NCBI GenBank assembly: GCA_964525495.1 | Contig: CAZGHS010000009.1 | Span: 1 to 54,910, forward strand | Length of the DNA: 54,910 nt | DNA from: an uncultured Gammaproteobacteria bacterium | GTDB taxonomy: Bacteria > Patescibacteriota > Microgenomatia > JALYQM01 | Direction: 5' to 3' | Part shown: positions 35,097 through 43,315 of the stretch, one piece after another | Layout: every line of letters starts with the position of its first letter | Numbering within the stretch: position 1 is the first letter of the stretch | Position numbers and translations under genes: made by a program | The notes under the pieces: generated by a model | Databases searched by the model: none | What the model was told of the DNA's origin: nothing | The model's input: only the letters and a program-made list of their open reading frames with translations

Positions 35097-35222
35097 TTTT
35101 TTGTTTTTGATTTGGGAAAAAGAATACACAAGACGGGGTATAGAGAATTTGATTTAGTCAAACAATTTTTAGTCAACCTAAAAATATATTTATCCTAAGA
35201 AATTTTTCTTTACGTTTACTTG

Positions 35223-36037
35223 ATTTAGTAATAAGAGAGGGTGGCGCCCAGCAAACTATCTTGCGGCTGCAAGTCTAATTTACTGGGCGTCCCCGGCGCT
35301 GGCAGGAGCTATTTTTTATTCAGTTGTCATTCGCGCTCAATTGCGCTAGGGTTGGTTCATAGTGTCAAATCCTCTCTTGGGCGCTGTTTGTCGCGGATAT
35401 CAAGGTAGCTGCTGGTCGGTGGGGCGCAGGTGATCAAATTATAGCGCGCAATGCGCAGCGGGTTGGTACCAGGTCATCTGCATTCCTTTCTATTGCGCAG
35501 AATCGATTCTACGGCGCAGATTCGATTGGATTTTTTCAAAAGGAAAGATTACCCGCGGGTGCGGTCGGCGGCAATAGTATTAGTATTGCGTCGGCCAGGG
35601 TTGAACCCGCGGGTGTTTTTGTGTTCGCGAAAAAGAGACCAGAGCCTGCAGTGCTAAAGGCGCGGCTGCCTCTTAGCATTGATCAACTGCAGGCTCTCGG
35701 CGCGTGGCGCGCTGGCTGGCTTATCGGCCGGTGCCGCGGCGGGCGCTCTGGCTGGAGTTGGCGCTGCTCATATAGGTACCAAAACTGTTCGTGCGGATTC
35801 GTTTGTTCGGGGGCATGGCGGTGTCCTTTCTGTTGTCCTGATTCTACAGTCACTAGAGGAAGGCTACTTCTGCCTTTCAGCACCGGGACTTGCACTCTTG
35901 CGAGTACAAATTGTAAGAATTTTGCACGAGTTCTAGACCTCGAGCTACTTCTTACCTGAAGGCATTATGCACATAACAATTGATTATTATGTAGATAATA
36001 CCCTCAAAGTAAGATTAGCTTTTGTTTATTACTAAAT
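35223..36037. ncRNA. unclassified GC-rich, helix-dense non-coding element (candidate large structured RNA or MITE-like insert)
   Basis: It lies in a 1106-nt gap between sufS and sufU that has no credible ORF. It is closed by a perfect 12-bp complement (35223-35234 / 36026-36037). Several perfect or near-perfect nested helices lie inside. G-U pairs slightly favour the + strand. Confidence 0.45.
35551..35621 (+). terminator. long two-tier hairpin followed by a U-tract inside the GC-rich element
   Basis: ACCCGCGGGT (35551-35560) pairs with ACCCGCGGGT (35605-35614). The nested stem 35563-35576 / 35584-35596 has 13 bp, including 2 G-U pairs and 1 bulge. GTTTTTG follows. Confidence 0.45.
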
Positions 36038-36202
36038 AAGTCCGTCTTGTGTTAAGGGTCAAACATCCCCGGAGGGACGATCTTCACTATGTTGTGCTCT
36101 CTATGAGCTCAATTGGTGTTGATAGGTGCTATTTTTAGCATATTCTATATAATTGTCAATAGGTATTGTTATAGGCTCTTTTAGTGCTGGTATAATAGAG
36201 GT

Positions 36203-36553
36203 ATGAATTTGTATCAGGAAGAGATCCTGGATCACTATAAACATCCACGAAATAAAGGCCGTCTGGCTCATTCTACGAGCTCGGGAGAGGCTTCTAACCC
36301 ACTTTGTGGAGATAGGCTTGGGCTGGATATAGTAGTGAAAAATGGCTTGGTTGAAGAGGTTGGTTTTTGGGGAGAGGGATGTGCTATTTCACAGGCCGCT
36401 ATGTCGATGGTGAGTGAACAGGTGATAGGGCAATCAGTCGAGGATTTAAAGAAGCTTTCTAAGGATGATGTTTTGGAGTTGCTTGGTGTAGATGTTGGAC
36501 CTTCACGGTTGAAGTGTGCTTTGTTGTGCTTGTCTGTAATCGAGAGAGTGTAA
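36203..36553 (+). CDS. sufU: SufU/IscU-type Fe-S scaffold or sulfur-acceptor protein
   Basis: 116 aa with LYQEEILDHYKHPRN, NPLCGD, GEGCAISQA and KCALL. The three conserved Cys ligands are present. Confidence 0.85.
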   Translation: MNLYQEEILDHYKHPRNKGRLAHSTSSGEASNPLCGDRLGLDIVVKNGLVEEVGFWGEGCAISQAAMSMVSEQVIGQSVEDLKKLSKDDVLELLGVDVGPSRLKCALLCLSVIERV

Positions 36554-36596
36554 GCACATTGTTATAATTGCTGAATCTTGTTATAAACTTGAGTGT

Positions 36597-36860
36597 ATGG
36601 GTAAATTAATCAAAAAAGTAAAAATCGATCAGAGTATGTGTATCGGAGCTGGTACGTGTGTCGTATTGGATCCCAAGGGCTTCATGTTGGATGCTGAGAA
36701 TAAAGCATGGTACAAAGATCCTAATAAACCAGGCGTGACGTATATTGAATATGAATTTGGTGTTCCAATTGATGACTTTGATCTGGTACAAGCAGCCGAA
36801 GGTTGTCCTGTGATGTGTATATATCTCTATGACGAGAATGACGAGCAGATTTTCCCCTAA
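36597..36860 (+). CDS. small ferredoxin (single-cluster type)
   Basis: 87 aa with the C-x(5)-C...C-P pattern (QSMCIGAGTCV ... AEGCPVMC). Confidence 0.65.
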   Translation: MGKLIKKVKIDQSMCIGAGTCVVLDPKGFMLDAENKAWYKDPNKPGVTYIEYEFGVPIDDFDLVQAAEGCPVMCIYLYDENDEQIFP

Positions 36861-36926
36861 TTGCACCACTTTATTTCGTGCTGTATTATTAATGTGATCA
36901 TATTTTTTTAAATTTTGGAGGATGTA

Positions 36927-37757
36927 ATGAGCGAGGAAATTGTAAAAGATTCTATTGAAGAAAAAGCAGAGATCGTTGAGAAGCCGGTAGAGCCAGTTGT
37001 GGCTAAACCTGCAAGGATGCATAAAGGTGGTTTTATGAACGGCGGTTTCGCTATGACCGTTTTGTTTTTGTTTGCTTTTTTCTTAGCGAGTTTTAGTCTT
37101 GGTATTATGACTGAACGAAATACTAAATTGGTATCGGCACTTGGAAGTGGTGGAAATTTAGCAGCTCAACCTGGCGCTGCGGGTGCCGCAGCAGGTACTG
37201 CACAACAAACAGGATTGCAGGATAATGCCAAAGTAACCCAGAAAATTGAAATTGATGAAGGGCGCGTGAAGGGTAATAAAAATGCAAAAGTTACTATTTA
37301 CGAGTATTCAGACTTTGAATGTCCATATTGTGGACAGTTTTATACTACAACGTATAAAGAATTGATGACTAAATATGTTGATACTGGAAAAGTTAAAATT
37401 GCATTTAAAGATTTTCCTTTAAGTTTTCACCCTCAGGCACAGAAAGCCGCTGAAGCATCTCGATGTGCTTTAGAACAGGGCAAGTTTTGGGAAATGCATG
37501 ATAAATTATTTGAGAACCAGACGACTCTTAGTGTTGAAAACTTTAAGAAATGGGCTGGTGAATTGAAACTAGATACAAATAAATTTAATCAGTGTTTGGA
37601 TTCAAGTAAGTATGCTGACGCAGTGAAAAAGGATCTTGCCGAGGGCTTGAAACTCGGAGTGCAAGGAACTCCATCGTTTGTGATTGGCGATACTGCATTA
37701 GTTGGAGCACAACCAATGGCTGCATTTGAAAAGATTATCGAAGAGAAACTGAAATAA
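36927..37757 (+). CDS. membrane-anchored DsbA-family thiol:disulfide oxidoreductase
   Basis: The start is trimmed to the ATG, which lies 4 nt after GGAGGA. It has a TM helix (FAMTVLFLFAFFLASF), a Gly/Ala linker and a thioredoxin-fold CPYC motif (YSDFECPYCGQF). Confidence 0.8.
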   Translation: MSEEIVKDSIEEKAEIVEKPVEPVVAKPARMHKGGFMNGGFAMTVLFLFAFFLASFSLGIMTERNTKLVSALGSGGNLAAQPGAAGAAAGTAQQTGLQDNAKVTQKIEIDEGRVKGNKNAKVTIYEYSDFECPYCGQFYTTTYKELMTKYVDTGKVKIAFKDFPLSFHPQAQKAAEASRCALEQGKFWEMHDKLFENQTTLSVENFKKWAGELKLDTNKFNQCLDSSKYADAVKKDLAEGLKLGVQGTPSFVIGDTALVGAQPMAAFEKIIEEKLK

Positions 37758-37773
37758 TCTGGTTTTGGATCTT

Positions 37774-38937
37774 ATGCGAATATGTCTTGATGTTTCACAG
37801 AGTGTGTATGAAGGTACTGGTAGCGGTAGGTATGTAATTGAACTAGTAAAGGCTTTTTTGCGAACTTTCCCGGATGAATCGTATGTGTTGTTTGGGAGTG
37901 CGAGTAAAAAATACGAGTCTTTAGTGGAGCTAGGTTCGGAGTATAAAGAGATATCTAAGGATAGTATTACAGAGAAATATTATCGATTTCCTCCTACATT
38001 TTTTGAGTACGTTTGGAATAAGTTCCATCTTTTGCCTATTGAGCGGTTGATCGGCCAGTTTGATTTGTATCACTCATCGGATTGGACGCAAGCGCCAAGT
38101 AGTGCGGTCAAAGTTACAACTGTTCATGATCTGATTCCCTTTTTGTTCCCAGAGTATGTTCATCCGCGCATTCGTGAAGCGCATGAGCTGCGCTGGAAGC
38201 ATATTGTTGCAGATAAAGTTGAGATTGTTGTGGATGCCGCGGCGACGAAAAAAGATATTCTTGATAGGTTCGCTGTTGATGCTTCGCGCATACATGTAAT
38301 TTCGTTGGCGTGTAGTCCGAAATATTATGAGATTGGTAAGGCGAATATAGCAAATAGGTCAGACTTTGTGTCGGCTCGAGATATTGTTTTAGCAAAATTT
38401 GATATTCAAGCTAAAAAATATATTTTGGCGGTGGGAACCTTAGAGCCACGTAAAAATATTGCCAATCTGGTGGAAGCCTATACTCGTTTAGATCCGTCAG
38501 TTCGGCAGGAGTATAGTTTGGTTATTGTGGGTAAAAAATCGTGGGCAGATGATTTGCCGAAGACTGCAGGCGTGGTGTTGACGGGTTATGTGGAAGAAGA
38601 AGATTTGCCGTATTTATATGCTGGCGCGAAGTGCTTTGTAATGCCATCTTTGTATGAAGGTTTTGGACTACCGGTTTTGGAAGCAATGGCATGTGGTACA
38701 CCGGTACTTTGTTCACGGCTTTCGTCACTGCCGGAAATAGGCGGGAATGATGTACACTATATTGAGAATCCTCAGGACATTGATTCGATAAAGAGTGGTC
38801 TCAATACCGTTTTGTCGACCGATCAGACCGTTTTATCTCAAAAAATACAGGCAGCGTATACACGGGCTCGTGAATTTAGTTGGGAGCGGACTGCCACGGA
38901 GACGATGGGGGTTTATAAGCAATTAATGGGGAAATAG
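37774..38937 (+). CDS. glycosyltransferase family 4 (GT-B)
   Basis: It has the C-terminal Glycos_transf_1 signature [22 protein letters not shown]. The start is trimmed to MRICLD. Confidence 0.85.
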   Translation: MRICLDVSQSVYEGTGSGRYVIELVKAFLRTFPDESYVLFGSASKKYESLVELGSEYKEISKDSITEKYYRFPPTFFEYVWNKFHLLPIERLIGQFDLYHSSDWTQAPSSAVKVTTVHDLIPFLFPEYVHPRIREAHELRWKHIVADKVEIVVDAAATKKDILDRFAVDASRIHVISLACSPKYYEIGKANIANRSDFVSARDIVLAKFDIQAKKYILAVGTLEPRKNIANLVEAYTRLDPSVRQEYSLVIVGKKSWADDLPKTAGVVLTGYVEEEDLPYLYAGAKCFVMPSLYEGFGLPVLEAMACGTPVLCSRLSSLPEIGGNDVHYIENPQDIDSIKSGLNTVLSTDQTVLSQKIQAAYTRAREFSWERTATETMGVYKQLMGK

Positions 38938-38959
38938 TGTATAATGTCAGGCTATACTT

Positions 38960-40090
38960 ATGAGAATTGGTATTGATGGTAACGAGTCCAATATTTCGGA
39001 TCGCGTGGGAAGTGGCATGTATGCGTATCAGCTATTAAAGCATTTGTACGAGCTCGATACATGGAATGAATATACTGTTTATCTTAAAAGCCCTCCTGTC
39101 TTAGATATGCCGCGCGAGCGCAAAAACTGGAAGTACAAGGTTTTTGGACCTGAGAAACTCTGGACTCAGTTTGCGCTGCCTATTCAGCTTTTTGTTGATA
39201 AAAGTAATTTAGACCTCTTTTTTTCTCCCGGTCATTACGCTCCCCGTTTTTCACCAGTTCCTACTGTTGTTTCAGTTTTGGATTTAGCGTATGAAAAGTT
39301 CCCTGAATATTTTAAAAAAAGTGATTTGATGCAGCTGAAGAGTTGGACAGAGTACAGTGTGCGAAAAGCGAAACATGTGATTACTATCTCTGAGTCTTCA
39401 AAGCGGGACATTGTAAATTTTTATAAAGTACCTGCCGATAAAGTGACGGTGACGTACATAGGATACGATACGGAAACCTTTCACCCTGTGACAGACCAAG
39501 TTCAGATTCAGACTGTTTTGGATAAATATGGGTTTAAGCAGCCGTATATTTTGTATTTGGGTACTTTGCAGCCTCGTAAAAATATTGTGCGCTTGATCCA
39601 AGCATTTAAAGAATTAATCGACCAAGAGAAATATGCAAATCTCGGATTGAAGCTCGTGATAGTGGGTAAAAAAGGTTGGTTGTATCAAGAAATATTGAGT
39701 GAAGCGAAAAAGTTGCATATTGAAGATATTGTTATTTTTACCGGGTATGTGTCAGATGAAGAAAAGCCAGCTCTTTTGTCTGGCGCGTTAATGTATTGTT
39801 TGCCATCTTTGTATGAAGGTTTTGGAATTCCTGTTTTGGAAGCGATGGCGTGTGGAACGCCTGTAGTGGTTTCTCAGATTTCTTCATTGCCAGAAGTGGT
39901 AGGTGAGTATGGAGTGTTAGTTGATCCGTATTCTGTAAAGAGTATAAGCGGAGGTCTGAAATTATTAGTAAAAGATGTGGACTTGCGCGAGCGGCTACGA
40001 CTGAATGGACTAAAATGGGTGCAACAATTTGACTGGATGCATACTGCAAAGATTACTTTAAGTGTTTTAGAGCGAGTGGGAGGTAAATAA
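38960..40090 (+). CDS. glycosyltransferase family 4 (GT-B)
   Basis: 376 aa with [22 protein letters not shown]. It is a paralog of the preceding gene. Confidence 0.85.
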   Translation: MRIGIDGNESNISDRVGSGMYAYQLLKHLYELDTWNEYTVYLKSPPVLDMPRERKNWKYKVFGPEKLWTQFALPIQLFVDKSNLDLFFSPGHYAPRFSPVPTVVSVLDLAYEKFPEYFKKSDLMQLKSWTEYSVRKAKHVITISESSKRDIVNFYKVPADKVTVTYIGYDTETFHPVTDQVQIQTVLDKYGFKQPYILYLGTLQPRKNIVRLIQAFKELIDQEKYANLGLKLVIVGKKGWLYQEILSEAKKLHIEDIVIFTGYVSDEEKPALLSGALMYCLPSLYEGFGIPVLEAMACGTPVVVSQISSLPEVVGEYGVLVDPYSVKSISGGLKLLVKDVDLRERLRLNGLKWVQQFDWMHTAKITLSVLERVGGK

Positions 40091-40091
40091 T

Positions 40092-40688
40092 ATGTTTACA
40101 GATAAAAATGGTCAACCAATACCTGCTGATGTTGCTATGGATAAAATTGGGATTCGGTTAGTGTCGTACCTACAAGAATTCCTTTTGCTTGTGTTGCAGA
40201 TTGTGGGTTTTATCCCGTCACATATTGTCCGAAAATTAGTGTATGCGCTGTATGGTATTAAGATTGGTTCAAAGAGTTATATTCACATGGGTGCGCGGTT
40301 TAATGAGCCTTGGAGAGTGGAGATCGGAGAGGGAACGATTATTGGTGATCATGTTTTCTTGGATGGGCGAGATGCGATACGCATAGGTAGCCATGTAGAT
40401 ATTGCCTCTGAAGTGATGATTTGGAACGCAAAGCATGATATTAATAGTCCGGATTTTCGTGCTGTACATGCTCCTGTAGAGATCGGTGATTATGTTTTCA
40501 TTGGTCCCCGGGCTATTATCATGCAAGGTGTAAATATCGGCCGTGGAGCGATTATTGCTGGAGGAGCTGTTGTGACTAAGGATGTCCCTGCCATGACAAT
40601 TGTTGGCGGAGTGCCTGCAAAGGAGATAGGAACACGACAGGTTGGAGAGTTGAATTATAGATTAGGACGGCCACGGTTATTTCAATAA
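40092..40688 (+). CDS. hexapeptide-repeat (LbH) O-acetyltransferase, WcaF/LacA-like
   Basis: 198 aa with left-handed beta-helix repeats ([40 protein letters not shown]) and a C-terminal GVPAKEI. Confidence 0.8.
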   Translation: MFTDKNGQPIPADVAMDKIGIRLVSYLQEFLLLVLQIVGFIPSHIVRKLVYALYGIKIGSKSYIHMGARFNEPWRVEIGEGTIIGDHVFLDGRDAIRIGSHVDIASEVMIWNAKHDINSPDFRAVHAPVEIGDYVFIGPRAIIMQGVNIGRGAIIAGGAVVTKDVPAMTIVGGVPAKEIGTRQVGELNYRLGRPRLFQ

Positions 40689-40690
40689 AT

Positions 40691-41641
40691 ATGTTGGATT
40701 TATCAATTATCATAGTAAATTATAATACGCTTGAATTGACGATGAAGTGTTTGGAAAGTGTGTTTAAATATACAAAAGGTGTTACTTTTGAAGTGATTGT
40801 GGTTGATAACGCATCGGCAGATAAAAGTACAGTGGAAATAAAAAAGAAGTATCGATCTAAAGTGCAGCTTATTAAAAATAAGGAAAATGTTGGGTTTGGC
40901 GCAGCGAACAATCAAGCAATGAATATTGCGCAGGGGCGATATTTTTGTCTACTTAACTCGGATACTGTGTTGATTGGTAACGTCTTTGAGCGAATGATTG
41001 AATGGTTTGATCAGAATACATTTTTACCTGTGCGAAGTTCGTTTAAGATTGGGACACATTCTTTTTCTGCGTCTTCAATTCCTTTAAATACACTTAAACG
41101 ATTGCCTATCGGTATGTTGGGCTGCAAATTACTAAATTCGGATCGAACTGAACAGTATAGTATTGGGTATTTTCCAACTTTGCAGCATATTTTTATGCGA
41201 TTATTTTTTGATCGTATACCGAAACGGATGCCCCAGAAAGCGGTTGAAACAGATTATGTAATGGGTGCATTTATGCTGATGAAACGTGAGGTTTTTGAGC
41301 GTGCCGGTGGTTTTGATGAAAATATTTTTATGTATGTAGAAGAAACCGAATGGTGTTACAGGATCAAGCAACAAGGATTTACTGTAGTGTATTGGCCTGA
41401 AGCATCGCTTATTCATTATGGTGGACAGAGTGCTGTCAGAGGTAGACGCGATCAGGTGCTGAATATTTTTAAAGGGTATCTGTATTTTTACAAAAAGCAT
41501 TTTCGACCAGATCAGGTAGCGGTACTTCGACTTATTTTGCGAGCAAAATCATATTTTTCGATTGTCGTCGGTAAAATTACGCATAACAGATATTTACAAG
41601 ACACATACTCCGAAGCATTACAGGTTATTAAGGAGAGTTAG
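40691..41641 (+). CDS. glycosyltransferase family 2
   Basis: 316 aa with SIIIVNYNT...VVDNASADKS...FGAANN...LNSD, typical of GT-A family 2 enzymes. Confidence 0.85.
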   Translation: MLDLSIIIVNYNTLELTMKCLESVFKYTKGVTFEVIVVDNASADKSTVEIKKKYRSKVQLIKNKENVGFGAANNQAMNIAQGRYFCLLNSDTVLIGNVFERMIEWFDQNTFLPVRSSFKIGTHSFSASSIPLNTLKRLPIGMLGCKLLNSDRTEQYSIGYFPTLQHIFMRLFFDRIPKRMPQKAVETDYVMGAFMLMKREVFERAGGFDENIFMYVEETEWCYRIKQQGFTVVYWPEASLIHYGGQSAVRGRRDQVLNIFKGYLYFYKKHFRPDQVAVLRLILRAKSYFSIVVGKITHNRYLQDTYSEALQVIKES

Positions 41642-41674
41642 TTTGACAGCCTCCTTTGTGTTTGTGCTACAGTA

Positions 41675-43276
41675 ATGGGTATGAAAGAAATTCATTCACG
41701 TTGGTCATCATATATTTTGCAGGGAGTTGTGTTTGCGCTTACATTGTTTATTCCTTTGTATCCAAAGATTCCTCTTTTTGATGTTGCGTTTACCTGGACA
41801 TATATTCGTTTAGAGGATGTGTTAGTTGCGGTTAGTTTTGCTGTTCTGACCGTTGCTTTGATTTTTAAGCGTGCACATATTAAGAATGGTTTGTTCTGGC
41901 CGATAGTCATTTTCTGGATAGTTGGTTTGCTTTCGACTATTTGGGCTTTGATGACTTTGGGTAAAGAAGATAACTGGGCGATTTTTAAACCTCATTTGAT
42001 TGTGCTTCATTATTTCCGTCGGATTGAGTATTTAGGTGTGTTGTTTGTTGCATACGCAGCTATGAGTCAGTCTAAATGGTCTGGTGTTAGGCGGTATATT
42101 GGTGTATTGGTTGTGGGACTGACTGGTGTTGTCGCGTACGGTTTAGGACAGAAGTTTTTGCATTTTCCTGCATATTTGACTATGAATGAGGAGTTTTCTA
42201 AAGGTACGCCGATAGCGTTGCAGGCTGGTTCACGACTGTCTTCGACCTTTGGTGGACATTATGATCTGGCTGGATATTTAGTTTTGGTGTTGCCGATCGT
42301 ATTAGGCTTGGCTTGGTATGCCCGTAATAAAATGTATAAAGGTTTGTTTATTGTTTTGTCGGCTTTGGGATTTTTTGTCCTCATGCTGACTTCTTCACGT
42401 ATTTCGTTTTTGGCATTCTTTGTGAGCTTGGCTGTGTTGGCGTTTCTTCTGATTAAGCAGAAGAGGACTGTTGTTATCGGTGGTATCGTGGCCGTGTTAT
42501 TGACTTTAATTGTCGGTCGCAACAGTATTGTTGAGCGACTTGGGAAGACAATTCGGTTTAAACAGGTAGTGGTTGAGCAGTCTACAGGTAAAGTAATGGA
42601 AATCCCTACCGTTGATAAGGACTGGGGAGGTTTGCCGGAGAGTGATCGAGTTTTTGTGTTGCCGTTTTTGAAGGGTGAGGCAACAGGTTCTGCATATAAA
42701 GTTACAAAATATGAAAAAGGCGATATAAATCCTTTGGACAGTACACCTGACGATGTTGTACGAAATACTGTCGAGATACCTCAAACAGCTACTAAAGAAA
42801 CTATGACTGGCGAGAAGCGGGAAATTATTGAAGAAGTGCGTACTGTGCACGGTGCGTTTGAAAAGAAACTAGCTCTAATTTTTGATATTTCCTTTACTAC
42901 ACGCATTGATGGATCGTGGCCTAAGACACTCGATGCTTTTGCTAAGCGTCCTATATTGGGACAGGGATATTCTACAGTGACTGCTGCGGTTGATAGTAGT
43001 TATGTCCGAGCTTTGGGCGAGGTAGGACTGGTAGGAATTATTAGTTTCTTGGCAATCATGGTTATTTTTATTCGTAAAGCATATCGATTTATTACTCATA
43101 CCTCAAATCCTTTCGCACGGTTGTTTATCTCAGGAGTTTTGGCTGGAGTGGTAGGTATTATGGTAAATGCAACATTGATTGATATTTTTGAAGCGTCGAA
43201 AGTTGCGTTTATGTTGTGGCTTACTATGGGTGTAGCTTTGTGGGTGATTGAAAAGAGCGAAGAAGGTCGTCTTTAA
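41675..43276 (+). CDS. O-antigen ligase/polymerase-like (Wzy_C-type) polytopic membrane protein with a large soluble insertion
   Basis: 533 aa with ~10 TM helices. The SSRISFLAFFVSL-type loop region is typical of the family. A ~130-aa hydrophilic insert spans roughly residues 290-420. Confidence 0.6.
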   Translation: MGMKEIHSRWSSYILQGVVFALTLFIPLYPKIPLFDVAFTWTYIRLEDVLVAVSFAVLTVALIFKRAHIKNGLFWPIVIFWIVGLLSTIWALMTLGKEDNWAIFKPHLIVLHYFRRIEYLGVLFVAYAAMSQSKWSGVRRYIGVLVVGLTGVVAYGLGQKFLHFPAYLTMNEEFSKGTPIALQAGSRLSSTFGGHYDLAGYLVLVLPIVLGLAWYARNKMYKGLFIVLSALGFFVLMLTSSRISFLAFFVSLAVLAFLLIKQKRTVVIGGIVAVLLTLIVGRNSIVERLGKTIRFKQVVVEQSTGKVMEIPTVDKDWGGLPESDRVFVLPFLKGEATGSAYKVTKYEKGDINPLDSTPDDVVRNTVEIPQTATKETMTGEKREIIEEVRTVHGAFEKKLALIFDISFTTRIDGSWPKTLDAFAKRPILGQGYSTVTAAVDSSYVRALGEVGLVGIISFLAIMVIFIRKAYRFITHTSNPFARLFISGVLAGVVGIMVNATLIDIFEASKVAFMLWLTMGVALWVIEKSEEGRL

Positions 43277-43315
43277 ACATGTCTACAGCGGTTTAGTAAT
43301 AGTTTTTAGATTTTT

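Noticed and set aside
35468-35476. ACCAGGUCA 9-mer identical to part of E. coli 4.5S/SRP RNA.
   Set aside because: The flanking sequence lacks the GGAA tetraloop and the AGCAGCC/GCAGAUGAC domain IV motifs. I judge it a chance 9-mer.
35817-35893. RNase P RNA-like strings on the minus strand: GCAAGUCCCGG (compare GAAAGUCCGGG) and CAACAGAAAGGACACCGCC (compare E. coli CAACAGAGAGCAAACCGCC).
   Set aside because: I could not find the other universal blocks (GGUAAGGGUGAAAGGGUG-type J11/12, or a 3' ACAGAAnnCGGCUUA strand positioned to form P4). The element is about twice the size of RNase P RNA, and wobble pairs favour the opposite strand. This remains worth a cmscan but is not supportable by eye.
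35451-35959. ORF-track entries inside the GC-rich sufS-sufU element: 35451-35657, 35621-35959 and 35679-35936 on the + strand, and 35683-35895 on the - strand. One has a glycine-zipper-like stretch (GALAGLSAGAAAGALAGVGAA).
   Set aside because: None has an ATG with an SD; 35679 starts at TTG right after an in-frame TAA. The sequences are Arg/Gly/Cys/Pro low-complexity strings typical of random translation of GC-rich DNA. The frames overlap each other, and the nucleotide sequence is better explained by nested helices.
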